Of a DNA stretch of 64,000 nt, positions 26,712-34,905 are shown piece by piece. The stretch is from NCBI GenBank assembly GCA_963770835.1, contig CAVYRH010000004.1, positions 256,001-320,000 on the forward strand, in the 5' to 3' direction. The stretch's first letter is position 1; each line of letters opens with the position of its first letter. A program made the position numbers and the translations under genes. The notes below the pieces were generated by a model. That model was not told the DNA's origin. It saw nothing but the letters and a program-made list of their open reading frames with translations, and did not search any database. This DNA is from an uncultured Pseudomonadota bacterium (GTDB lineage Bacteria; Oederibacteriota; Muellerivitia; Muellerivitales; Muellerivitaceae).

Positions 26712-27428
26712 ATGAAACTCAAAATTGGCCTTTCGGCTTGTTTCTTCCACGCCGATCCCAAGCGGCCCATCTTCAAGGGCAAGACCCTTCAATACATCGA
26801 GCAATCACTTGCCCGCTGGGTCATGGCCGAAGGCGCCTTGGCTTATATGATCCCCTCGCCCGCCCCGGATTCTCCCGTGACCTTAGCGGACCTAGTGACT
26901 CCACTCGAAGGCCTTGTCCTTCAGGGCGGTTCGGATGTCTCCCCCAAAAGCTATGGGGAACAGGCCTTGAAGCCGGAGTGGGAAGGGGACTACATCCGCG
27001 ACCAGTATGAAATCGCCCTGGTCAACGAGTTCCGGGCCCAAGGCAAGCCGGTTTTAGGCATCTGCCGGGGGGCCCAGCTTCTCAACGTGGCTTTCGGCGG
27101 CACGCTCAACCAGGACATCAAGACACAGGTTCCCGGCGCTTTGGAGCACCGCAATTGGGACATTTACGACCAGAATTTCCATGGCTTGAAACTGATAAGC
27201 GGGGAAGTAACCCGGGTCAACAGCGTGCATCACCAGGCGGTCAGGGACCTGGGAAAGGGACTGAGAGCCGAGGCTTGGTCCCAACCCGACGGCTTAGTGG
27301 AAGCCATCCGCGCGGAGAAGGGCCCTTATTGTTTCGCGGTCCAATGGCATCCCGAGTTCCAGGACCCGAAAGATGCTTCTCTTTTTGACGGCAGGATTTT
27401 TTTGAGGGAATTTTTGAGAGCGACCTAG
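26712..27428 (+). CDS. Gamma-glutamyl-gamma-aminobutyrate hydrolase family (peptidase C26, PuuD-like)
   Basis: LQGGSDV, LGICRGAQ, VNSVHHQ, VQWHPE. Confidence 0.88.
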   Translation: MKLKIGLSACFFHADPKRPIFKGKTLQYIEQSLARWVMAEGALAYMIPSPAPDSPVTLADLVTPLEGLVLQGGSDVSPKSYGEQALKPEWEGDYIRDQYEIALVNEFRAQGKPVLGICRGAQLLNVAFGGTLNQDIKTQVPGALEHRNWDIYDQNFHGLKLISGEVTRVNSVHHQAVRDLGKGLRAEAWSQPDGLVEAIRAEKGPYCFAVQWHPEFQDPKDASLFDGRIFLREFLRAT

Positions 27429-27433
27429 AAAAA

Positions 27434-27910
27434 ATGAACTATTCAGAAATAGTTAAAGAATATTTCAAAAAGAATTCTTCTGAAATATATTCATTCGCTT
27501 CGAAGTATGGACTGAACGTTGAGGAATTTCCTCAATATTCCGAATCGTGGAGTTTGGGATTTAAACACCCGAAGGGTGGGCATGGATATATCTCTATCAT
27601 GATATTGCCGGATGATATCGTAAATATTAATAGTCAGTGGTTGGTTTGTGTTTTTGAGACGTTCAGTATGTATTCAAAAAACAAGAATTTTAGAGTTCCT
27701 GATTCCTCGGAAGTTGATTTTTTAAAGAAAATGTTTGAAACGGCGCTTCAAGAAATACTTTCATGGGATTCGGCCGAGTTGGAAATAGCAGGAGGGAAGG
27801 AAGGGGCGCTCAAGGATTCTTGGGCGAGTTTTAAAACAAAAGAAGATTGGGAAAAATCTTTTGAATGGCTGCCAAAAAACCTTCCAAAGGGTTACGAACC
27901 CTCAAAATAA
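27434..27910 (+). CDS. AT-rich hypothetical protein inside the operon
   Basis: 158-aa ORF, visibly lower GC than its neighbours; no motif recognised. Confidence 0.65.
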   Translation: MNYSEIVKEYFKKNSSEIYSFASKYGLNVEEFPQYSESWSLGFKHPKGGHGYISIMILPDDIVNINSQWLVCVFETFSMYSKNKNFRVPDSSEVDFLKKMFETALQEILSWDSAELEIAGGKEGALKDSWASFKTKEDWEKSFEWLPKNLPKGYEPSK

Positions 27911-27976
27911 AATGGAAAAAAAAGAATAAACGCCGATTGACGAATTGTTTTCGTCTTTGCGTTGAGGTGAAAAAAA

Positions 27977-29347
27977 GTGCTTAAGATATTCAACCCCGCC
28001 AATGGGACACTCATAAGAGAAGTGCCAGAAGACGGCCCGGCCGAGATCGCCCAAAAGGCGAAGGCCGCCCAGAAGGCGCAACCTGTTTGGGCTGCAAGGC
28101 CCCTTTCGGAACGGTTGGCCATCCTCAAAAAATTCAGGGACTTGGTTGTTTCCAAGATCGAAGACTTGGCCCTGACCCTGACGGATGAAGTAGGCAAGCC
28201 CATCACCCAATCGCGCAATGAATTGAAGGGCCTGTTGGCGAGACTGGATTTTTTCCTGGAAAACACGAGGAAAGAACTGTCCGAGGAGACTGTCTTTTCC
28301 GACAAAGGAATGACCGAAAAGATCCTCCATGAGCCCTTGGGGGTGGTGGCTAATATCTCCGCCTGGAACTATCCCTATTTCGTGGGTTCCAACGTCTTCG
28401 TGCCTGCTCTGCTCGCTGGCAACGCGGTGCTCTACAAACCCTCCGAATTCGCCGCTTTGACCGGCATGAATATCGCGGACCTCCTCTATGAGGCCGGTGT
28501 TCCCAAGGAAATATTCGGTCTGATCGTAGGGGGTGGAGCCACGGGTGCTACCCTGCTGGAACAGGACATCGACGGAGTCTTTTTCACAGGTTCCCACGCC
28601 ACGGGCCTCAAGGTGGCTGCGGCCGCCTCCAAGCGCCTGATCAAACTCCAACTCGAACTAGGCGGCAAGGACCCGGCTTATGTTTGCGAGGACGTCGACA
28701 TTCAAAACGCGGCTATCGGCCTGGCCGATGGCGCTTTTTACAACACCGGGCAAAGCTGTTGTTCGGTCGAGCGTATCTACGTAAATTCCAAAATCTTCGA
28801 GCCTTTCCTGGAAGCCTTTGTGGCCGAAGTGAAGAGCTATATTCCCGGCGATCCCCGCGATGAAAAGACATACCTGGGCGCCATCACCCGGCCGGCCCAG
28901 CTTCAAGTTCTCAAACGCCAGGTGGACGACGCAGTGGCCAAGGGAGCCAAGCTTCATTGCGGGGGAAAAATCCTGCCGGGGCCCGGTAACTTTTTCGAGG
29001 CCACGGTTCTCTCCAACGTGAACCATCAAATGGAGCTGATGCGGGAAGAGAGTTTTGGGCCCGTGATCGGCATCCAAAAAGTCCCGGGGGACGAAGTGGC
29101 CGTAGCGTTGATGAACGACACGGTTTACGGATTGACCGCCGGGGTTTACACCCAGGATCAGGCCCGGGCCGAACGCCTGCTTGCCCAAGTGGACGCCGGA
29201 TCAGCCTATTGGAACTGCTGTGACCGGGTCAGCCCCCGACTGCCCTGGTCTGGAAGAAAGCACTCCGGGCTCGGCACGGTTCTTTCCCATTACGGGATTC
29301 AAACCTTCACCCGCCCCAAGGCCCTGCACCTTCGCCAGCCTGGATGA
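27977..29347 (+). CDS. Aldehyde dehydrogenase
   Basis: AWNYP, FTGS, LELGGKDP, GQSCC, EESFGP; GTG start with SD GAGGTG. Confidence 0.92.
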   Translation: MLKIFNPANGTLIREVPEDGPAEIAQKAKAAQKAQPVWAARPLSERLAILKKFRDLVVSKIEDLALTLTDEVGKPITQSRNELKGLLARLDFFLENTRKELSEETVFSDKGMTEKILHEPLGVVANISAWNYPYFVGSNVFVPALLAGNAVLYKPSEFAALTGMNIADLLYEAGVPKEIFGLIVGGGATGATLLEQDIDGVFFTGSHATGLKVAAAASKRLIKLQLELGGKDPAYVCEDVDIQNAAIGLADGAFYNTGQSCCSVERIYVNSKIFEPFLEAFVAEVKSYIPGDPRDEKTYLGAITRPAQLQVLKRQVDDAVAKGAKLHCGGKILPGPGNFFEATVLSNVNHQMELMREESFGPVIGIQKVPGDEVAVALMNDTVYGLTAGVYTQDQARAERLLAQVDAGSAYWNCCDRVSPRLPWSGRKHSGLGTVLSHYGIQTFTRPKALHLRQPG

Positions 29348-29356
29348 GTTTTATTG

Positions 29357-29415
29357 AAACTGAGGTTGCTTCGTCATAAACGCCAGCCTATTCTGCTGGC
29401 ATTCCTCGCAATGAC
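29357..29415. repeat. Half copy of a CGTC/GTCA-type REP element
   Basis: AAACTGAGGTTGCTTCGTC...CCTCGCAATGAC, shared with 60547..60605. Confidence 0.8.
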
Positions 29416-29436
29416 AGCAATGGAGTTTTGATATCT

Positions 29437-32061
29437 ATGGATCCCGAATCCGAGCGGCTTGCTCTTTTCATCAACGGCAATCACCCCTGGAAGAAATGGG
29501 GCTCCTATCTCTCCGAGCGGCAATGGGGAACGGTACGGGAGGATTATTCCCCCAACGGCACCTGCTGGGACTACCTCCCCCACGACCACGCGCGCAGCCG
29601 GGCCTACCGCTGGGGTGAGGACGGCCTATTGGGATTGTGCGACACCAAGGGCTTGGTTTGCTTCGCCGCCGCCCTTTGGAACGGCAAGGACCCCATCCTC
29701 AAGGAGCGGCTTTTCGGCTTGAACGGCGACGAGGGCAACCACGGGGAGGACGTGAAGGAGAGTTACTACTACCTTTCCTCTTCGCCCAGCCATGCTTATA
29801 TGAAGGCTCTCTATAAATATCCCCAAGCCGAGTATCCCTACGCCAGGCTGGTGGAAGAGAACCGCAAGCGGGGCAAGGAAAGCCCTGAGTTCGAACTGGC
29901 CGACACCGGAATCTTCAACGACAACCGCTACTTCGACTTCTTCGTGGAATACGCCAAGGCGGACCCCGAAGACATCCTGATCCGCTTGACCGCCGTCAAC
30001 CGGGGGCCCGATGCCGCGCCGCTGACCGTGCTTCCCACCCTCTGGCTCAAGAACACTTGGAGCTGGGGCCGGGAGGGGGAGCATTATTGGCCCAAGTTCC
30101 CCATCGTCCGCAAGGACAAGGGTTTGATGCTGGACCACCCGGCCATCGGCAAGTATTTCCTCAAGGCCGAGGGGTCGCCGCAGATCCTGTTCACCGAAAA
30201 CGAGACCAACTTTGAGAGGCTTTATAACACTCCGAGCGGGTCACCTTACGTGAAAGACGCTTTCCACGACTATGTGGTGAAGGACCGTCACGAGGCCGTG
30301 AACTTGGAGGAGGGCACGAAGACTGCCTTTCTCTACAAGCTCCAAATCCCCGCCGGGGGACAACAGGTTTTGCGTTTAAGGTTCTCCAACCGCGACTTGC
30401 CCGAAGCCTTCGGGGCGGATTTCGACAAGGTTTTCGCGGACCGGGCCAAAGAAACCAAGGACTATTACGATTTGAAAATTCCAGCCACCCTTACAAAGGA
30501 CGAAAGGGTGGTTGCCGAACAGGCCTATGCGGGGCTTTTGTGGAGTAAGCAATACTATCTTTACCAAGTGAAGGAATGGCTGGAGGGCGACCCCAGCCAA
30601 CCGCCGGTGGATCCGGGCCGCAAGATGGGCCGCAACTACGACTGGTGCCACTTTGGGGCTGAAGACGTGCTTTCCATGCCCGACAACTGGGAATACCCCT
30701 GGTTCGCTTCCTGGGACCTGGCTTTCCATACGATCCTCTTCGCGCACATCGACCCCTTTTTCGCCAAGCACCAGCTGGTGCTGCTCTTGCGCGAATGGTA
30801 CATGCACCCCAATGGGCAGATCCCGGCCTATGAGTTCGCTTTCTCCGACGTGAACCCGCCACTGCACGCTTGGGCCGCATGGCGCACCTACAAAATCAGC
30901 GCGGCTAAGGGGGAAAGGGACCGGGTGTTCCTTTCGCGCGTGTTCCAGAAGTTGCTGCTCAATTTCACCTGGTGGGTCAACCGCAAGGATGCCAAGGGCA
31001 ACAACCTTTTTTCGGGGGGGTTCCTGGGCCTGGACAACATCGGGGTCTTCGACCGGGGGCAGATGGCCCCGGGGGCCCTGCTGGAGCAGGCCGACGGCAC
31101 GGCCTGGATGGCCTTTTATTGCGGAACCCTTCTTTCCATGGCCCTGGAGCTTTCCGTGGAAAACCCCGCCACCGAGGACATGGCCACCAAGTTCTTCGAG
31201 CATTATTTAAGCATCGTCCAGGCCATGAACACTCTGGGCGGCACGGGCCTGTGGGATGAGGCCGACGGCTTTTACTATGACCAGCTCCAGCAGGAGGGTT
31301 CGGTGATCCCCCTCAAGATCCGCTCCGTGGTGGGCATCATCCCCCTTTTCGCGGTGGACATCCTGAAGGAAGAAACCCTCGAAAAACTCCCGGAGTTTTA
31401 TAAGCGCATGAAATGGTTCCTCCGGTATAGGCCCGAGGAGGCGAAGGCTATCCTGCGCCGGGATGAGGGCAAGGTGGGGAAGGGCTGCTACCTTTTAGCC
31501 GTGCCCTCCAAGGAAAGGCTGGTGCGGGTGCTGAAGTACGTGTTGGACGAGAACGAATTCTTGTCCCCCTACGGCATCCGGGCCGTGTCGAAGTTCCACA
31601 AGGACCACCCCTATGTCTGCGACGTGATGGGGCAGCGCAACGAGATCGATTACGAACCGGCGGAGTCCCGGACCTCGCTTTTTGGGGGCAATTCCAACTG
31701 GCGCGGACCGGTGTGGATGCCGATCAACTTCCTTTTGATCGAGACCTTGGAGCGGTACCACCACTTTTATGGGGACGACCTCAAGGTGGAATGCCCGACG
31801 GGTTCGGGCCAATGGATGAACCTGAAGGAAGTGGCGCAATTTCTCGGGAAGCGCTTAAGCCAATTGTTCCTGCCGGACAGCGGGGGCAACCGCCCCTGCC
31901 ACGGGGGCGACCCGCGTTACGCGAAGGACCCGGCCTGGAAAGACCTAGTGCTGTTTTACGAGTATTTCCACGGGGACAATGGAAAGGGCCTGGGCGCCAG
32001 CCACCAGACCGGCTGGACCGCCCTGGTGGCAAAGCTGTTAGAAAGTTATTCGAATCCGTAA
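29437..32061 (+). CDS. GH63/MGH1-like glucosidase
   Basis: ERQWGTVREDYS, GNHGEDVKE, SMPDNWEYPWFASWDL, GGNSNWRGPVW, GASHQTGWT. Confidence 0.85.
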   Translation: MDPESERLALFINGNHPWKKWGSYLSERQWGTVREDYSPNGTCWDYLPHDHARSRAYRWGEDGLLGLCDTKGLVCFAAALWNGKDPILKERLFGLNGDEGNHGEDVKESYYYLSSSPSHAYMKALYKYPQAEYPYARLVEENRKRGKESPEFELADTGIFNDNRYFDFFVEYAKADPEDILIRLTAVNRGPDAAPLTVLPTLWLKNTWSWGREGEHYWPKFPIVRKDKGLMLDHPAIGKYFLKAEGSPQILFTENETNFERLYNTPSGSPYVKDAFHDYVVKDRHEAVNLEEGTKTAFLYKLQIPAGGQQVLRLRFSNRDLPEAFGADFDKVFADRAKETKDYYDLKIPATLTKDERVVAEQAYAGLLWSKQYYLYQVKEWLEGDPSQPPVDPGRKMGRNYDWCHFGAEDVLSMPDNWEYPWFASWDLAFHTILFAHIDPFFAKHQLVLLLREWYMHPNGQIPAYEFAFSDVNPPLHAWAAWRTYKISAAKGERDRVFLSRVFQKLLLNFTWWVNRKDAKGNNLFSGGFLGLDNIGVFDRGQMAPGALLEQADGTAWMAFYCGTLLSMALELSVENPATEDMATKFFEHYLSIVQAMNTLGGTGLWDEADGFYYDQLQQEGSVIPLKIRSVVGIIPLFAVDILKEETLEKLPEFYKRMKWFLRYRPEEAKAILRRDEGKVGKGCYLLAVPSKERLVRVLKYVLDENEFLSPYGIRAVSKFHKDHPYVCDVMGQRNEIDYEPAESRTSLFGGNSNWRGPVWMPINFLLIETLERYHHFYGDDLKVECPTGSGQWMNLKEVAQFLGKRLSQLFLPDSGGNRPCHGGDPRYAKDPAWKDLVLFYEYFHGDNGKGLGASHQTGWTALVAKLLESYSNP

Positions 32062-32945
32062 AAGGAGTAGGGGACTCCTTTCGAATCCCTCACCGTGCTG
32101 TTGACATAAACCCTCCCCAAGGCACTGTCGTACAGCCATCCCGAGCCGCTTTCAGTGGGCACTTGGCCTTTTTGCGCCAGAGCGACCGTGTCTCCGACGG
32201 GGCTTTTCCCGTTGGCCACAAAGGCACCGGTGGCCTTGACCGGTGGAATGGCGGCCAGGTATTTGGGAACCAGGTCCTTTTCCAAGTCCGCCGGCCATTG
32301 TCCTTGATGGTCCCCGTAATAGATGGCCATGGCCGCTTCGATGGACCCCAGATTCCCCTTGGTCGCCCCCTCCTTTGATTTTTCCAACATCTGGGCGAAA
32401 CGTGGGATGGCGATGGCGGCCACCACGCCTAAAAAGAAAACGCCGACAAAAGGAATCAAACAGAGAACCAGGATCAAGGCCACTTGGTTGGAAGGGCCGA
32501 CCTGGACCACCTGGGATCCGCAAACCATGTCATGCAGGGCCCGCTTGTCCTTTTGAAAGGCCGGGAAAAGGAAACCCAGGCCCAAGGGGATCGCGGAGAT
32601 AAAGTAGCAAATCCACCGCAGGAAGGAGCGCAAGACGGAAACAGGCATGCCATCGGTTTGAACTACTTTTAAATTGAAGAGCATCTTACCCAGGGTTTGG
32701 CCCTTGAAGGCCGTCATGAGAGTGTAATAAAGGCAGGGAATCCCCAGGAAACTGCCGAGAAAGATGGAAACCGCCATGATCCGGCCCGCCCCTTCCGACA
32801 TGTGCTTGGCGATTTGGGGGATCGCAATGGCCGCCACGATGCCCACTACCGGCAGACATCCATAAAACAGAAGGGAGTCGATCGCCAGGGCCGCCGCCCT
32901 CACCCAAAATCCGGCCGGGGTTTCCACGACTTGGTCTTTTTTCAT
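32046..32945 (-). CDS. RDD-family membrane protein fused to a pseudopilin-like domain
   Basis: AGFWVRAAALAID, GQTLGK, RALHD; then AAIAIPRF...ATKGNLGSIEAAMAIYYGD..GQWP. Confidence 0.8.
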   Translation of the reverse strand: MKKDQVVETPAGFWVRAAALAIDSLLFYGCLPVVGIVAAIAIPQIAKHMSEGAGRIMAVSIFLGSFLGIPCLYYTLMTAFKGQTLGKMLFNLKVVQTDGMPVSVLRSFLRWICYFISAIPLGLGFLFPAFQKDKRALHDMVCGSQVVQVGPSNQVALILVLCLIPFVGVFFLGVVAAIAIPRFAQMLEKSKEGATKGNLGSIEAAMAIYYGDHQGQWPADLEKDLVPKYLAAIPPVKATGAFVANGKSPVGDTVALAQKGQVPTESGSGWLYDSALGRVYVNSTVRDSKGVPYSFYGFE

Positions 32946-33070
32946 ACAGTTCCTCCTTCATAGTTTGGGCTAGTGTAACCGAAGCTTTTAGGGCCACGTA
33001 GTTTAATTGGGTGTCCAATCCTTCATGCTGATAGAATCGGATGAATTTGAAACGAATTAAAAGGAAGTTT

Positions 33071-33745
33071 GTGAAATCAAAGGCTCCCAAAACCAACGAC
33101 TGGTGGAAGCCGGTTGTCCTCCTAACCGTCATCCTGGTCCTTTTAATCGCGGCCAATTTGTTCCACCTGGGCAACCAATTGGATGCCTTGCAGGTTTGGA
33201 TCAAGTCCCTCGGCCCCTGGGGGCCCGCGGTCTATGTGCTCATCTATATCGCGGCGGTGGTGGCGGCCCTGCCCGCGACGCTTTTCACTTTCCTGGCCGG
33301 CGTGCTTTTCGGGACGGTGACCGGGGTGATTGTGGTCAACATCGGGGCCACCATCGGCGCCTGCCTGGCTTTTTTGGTGGGCCGTTATTTCGCCCGGGGC
33401 GCGGTGGAGAAGATAGTGGGGAAACACAAGAATTTCCGGAAACTGGACGAATGGACCGCCTCGAAAGGCGTCTGGATCGTCATCATCACGCGGCTGGTCC
33501 CCTTGCTCCCCTTCAACCTGCTCAATTACGCCTTCGGCCTGACCCGCATCCGATTCTGGCCCTATGCCTTCTGGACCTGGCTTTGCATGATCCCCGCCAC
33601 TATTGTTTACGTTGGCGGGGCTGACGCTGTGCACCAGGGATTGGCCAAGGGGCAGGTGCCTTGGACTTTGGTGGGGATCATCGTGGGGTTAGTGGTCCTG
33701 CTGGCGGTGCTGGGGCCGGGGCTTAAGAGAAAAGTAAAGTTATGA
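33071..33745 (+). CDS. TVP38/TMEM64 (VTT/DedA superfamily) membrane protein
   Basis: GATIGACLAFLVGRY, RLVPLLPFNLLNYAFG; start 33041 or 33071. Confidence 0.88.
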   Translation: MKSKAPKTNDWWKPVVLLTVILVLLIAANLFHLGNQLDALQVWIKSLGPWGPAVYVLIYIAAVVAALPATLFTFLAGVLFGTVTGVIVVNIGATIGACLAFLVGRYFARGAVEKIVGKHKNFRKLDEWTASKGVWIVIITRLVPLLPFNLLNYAFGLTRIRFWPYAFWTWLCMIPATIVYVGGADAVHQGLAKGQVPWTLVGIIVGLVVLLAVLGPGLKRKVKL

Positions 33746-33782
33746 GTTTTAAGTTTTTAATTTTAAATTTTGGAAGTTTTCG
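33743..33782. repeat. Left arm of a 7-nt-period inverted repeat interrupted by IS30
   Basis: TGAGTTT-TAAGTTT-TTAATTT-TAAATTT, then AAGTTTTCG. Confidence 0.7.
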
Positions 33783-33787
33783 CAAAA

Positions 33788-34842
33788 CCCGAGTTCCATA
33801 AGTAAGTGCAACACTTAGTGCCTGAAGAAGGCCGCCTCCATAGGATAGGCGGCCATGAAAAAGAACTACAAGCATTTAAGCGTTGAAGAAAGAGATCATT
33901 TAGCCGTTTTAAAGGGGAAAGGTCATGGGGTCCGGGATATCGCCCGGATCCTCAAGCGGTCCCCCTCCTCCATCTCCCGTGAACTTAAGCGCAACGCCCC
34001 ACCTATCCGCACAGGCTATTACTTAGCCCACCGTGCCCACCAACGATATGTCCTTCGCAACCAGCAACGAGCCCGTCGTCTACGCCTCAAAACAAAACGC
34101 ATTCGTGCCTACGTCTGCCGTCAATTGAAACGAGGATGGTCTCCTGAGCTCATTTCTGGCCGCTGGAGCCACCTACATCCCAAGCAAACCATCGGCCCCG
34201 AGGCCATCTACCAGTGGATTTATACTGAGGCCACTTATCTGATTACTTGCCTGGTCCGACACCACCGGCGGCGACTTTCATTCGGCCACAGCCGCAAGCA
34301 CGCCAAAAACCATATCCCAGGCCGCGTTTCAATCGATCAACGCCCCAAGGTCGTCAACCATCGCAAGCAATTCGGCCATTGGGAAACCGACACGATGGTC
34401 TCTCGTCAAAGCAAGGTCGCAATGCGGGCTCTCGTCGAACGCCAAAGCCGATTTTCCAAATTGGGAAAACTAAAACGAAAGACCGCTTCCCAAATGAGTC
34501 ACAGTCTCAATCGCACTTTATGCCGCTTCCCTCAAGAAGTCCGTCGAAGCCTGACCTATGACAACGGAACGGAAAATACCAACCACCTGGAGACCAACCG
34601 TGTTCTTGGTACAAAGTCCTTCTTTTGCGCACCTTTCCACAGTTGGGAAAAAGGCACTGTAGAAAATACCATCGGTCTTGTCCGTCGCCATTTGCCCAAA
34701 AAGACCGACCTTGCTAAAGTATCTCTCGAGGAGATTAAGGCCATTGAAAGATGGCTCAACAACAGGCCCAGGAAGTGTTTGGGCTTTCAAACTCCGGCGG
34801 AAGTCTTCCGGCGAAGTGTTGCACTTACTCCGTGAATTCGGC
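33788..34842 (+). mobile_element. Complete IS30-family insertion sequence
   Basis: Terminal IRs CCGAGTTCCATAAGTAAGTGCAACACTT (33789-33816) and AAGTGTTGCACTTACTCCGTGAATTCGG (34814-34841), 23/28 match; AAA on both flanks as a likely 3-bp target duplication. Confidence 0.9.
33855..34835 (+). CDS. IS30-family transposase
   Basis: HTH YKHLSVEER...SISRELKRN, WSPELI; DDE residues in GHWETDT, TYDNGTE, EKGTVEN; LNNRPRKCLG. Confidence 0.95.
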   Translation: MKKNYKHLSVEERDHLAVLKGKGHGVRDIARILKRSPSSISRELKRNAPPIRTGYYLAHRAHQRYVLRNQQRARRLRLKTKRIRAYVCRQLKRGWSPELISGRWSHLHPKQTIGPEAIYQWIYTEATYLITCLVRHHRRRLSFGHSRKHAKNHIPGRVSIDQRPKVVNHRKQFGHWETDTMVSRQSKVAMRALVERQSRFSKLGKLKRKTASQMSHSLNRTLCRFPQEVRRSLTYDNGTENTNHLETNRVLGTKSFFCAPFHSWEKGTVENTIGLVRRHLPKKTDLAKVSLEEIKAIERWLNNRPRKCLGFQTPAEVFRRSVALTP

Positions 34843-34845
34843 AAA

Positions 34846-34892
34846 CGAAAACTTTCTTTTACTCAAAACTAAGAACTCAACACTTAAAACTT
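34846..34892. repeat. Right arm of the 7-nt-period inverted repeat
   Basis: CGAAAACTT, then ACTCAAA-ACTAAGA-ACTCAAC-ACTTAAA-ACTT. Confidence 0.7.
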
Positions 34893-34905
34893 GGAGGAAT
34901 AAAGA

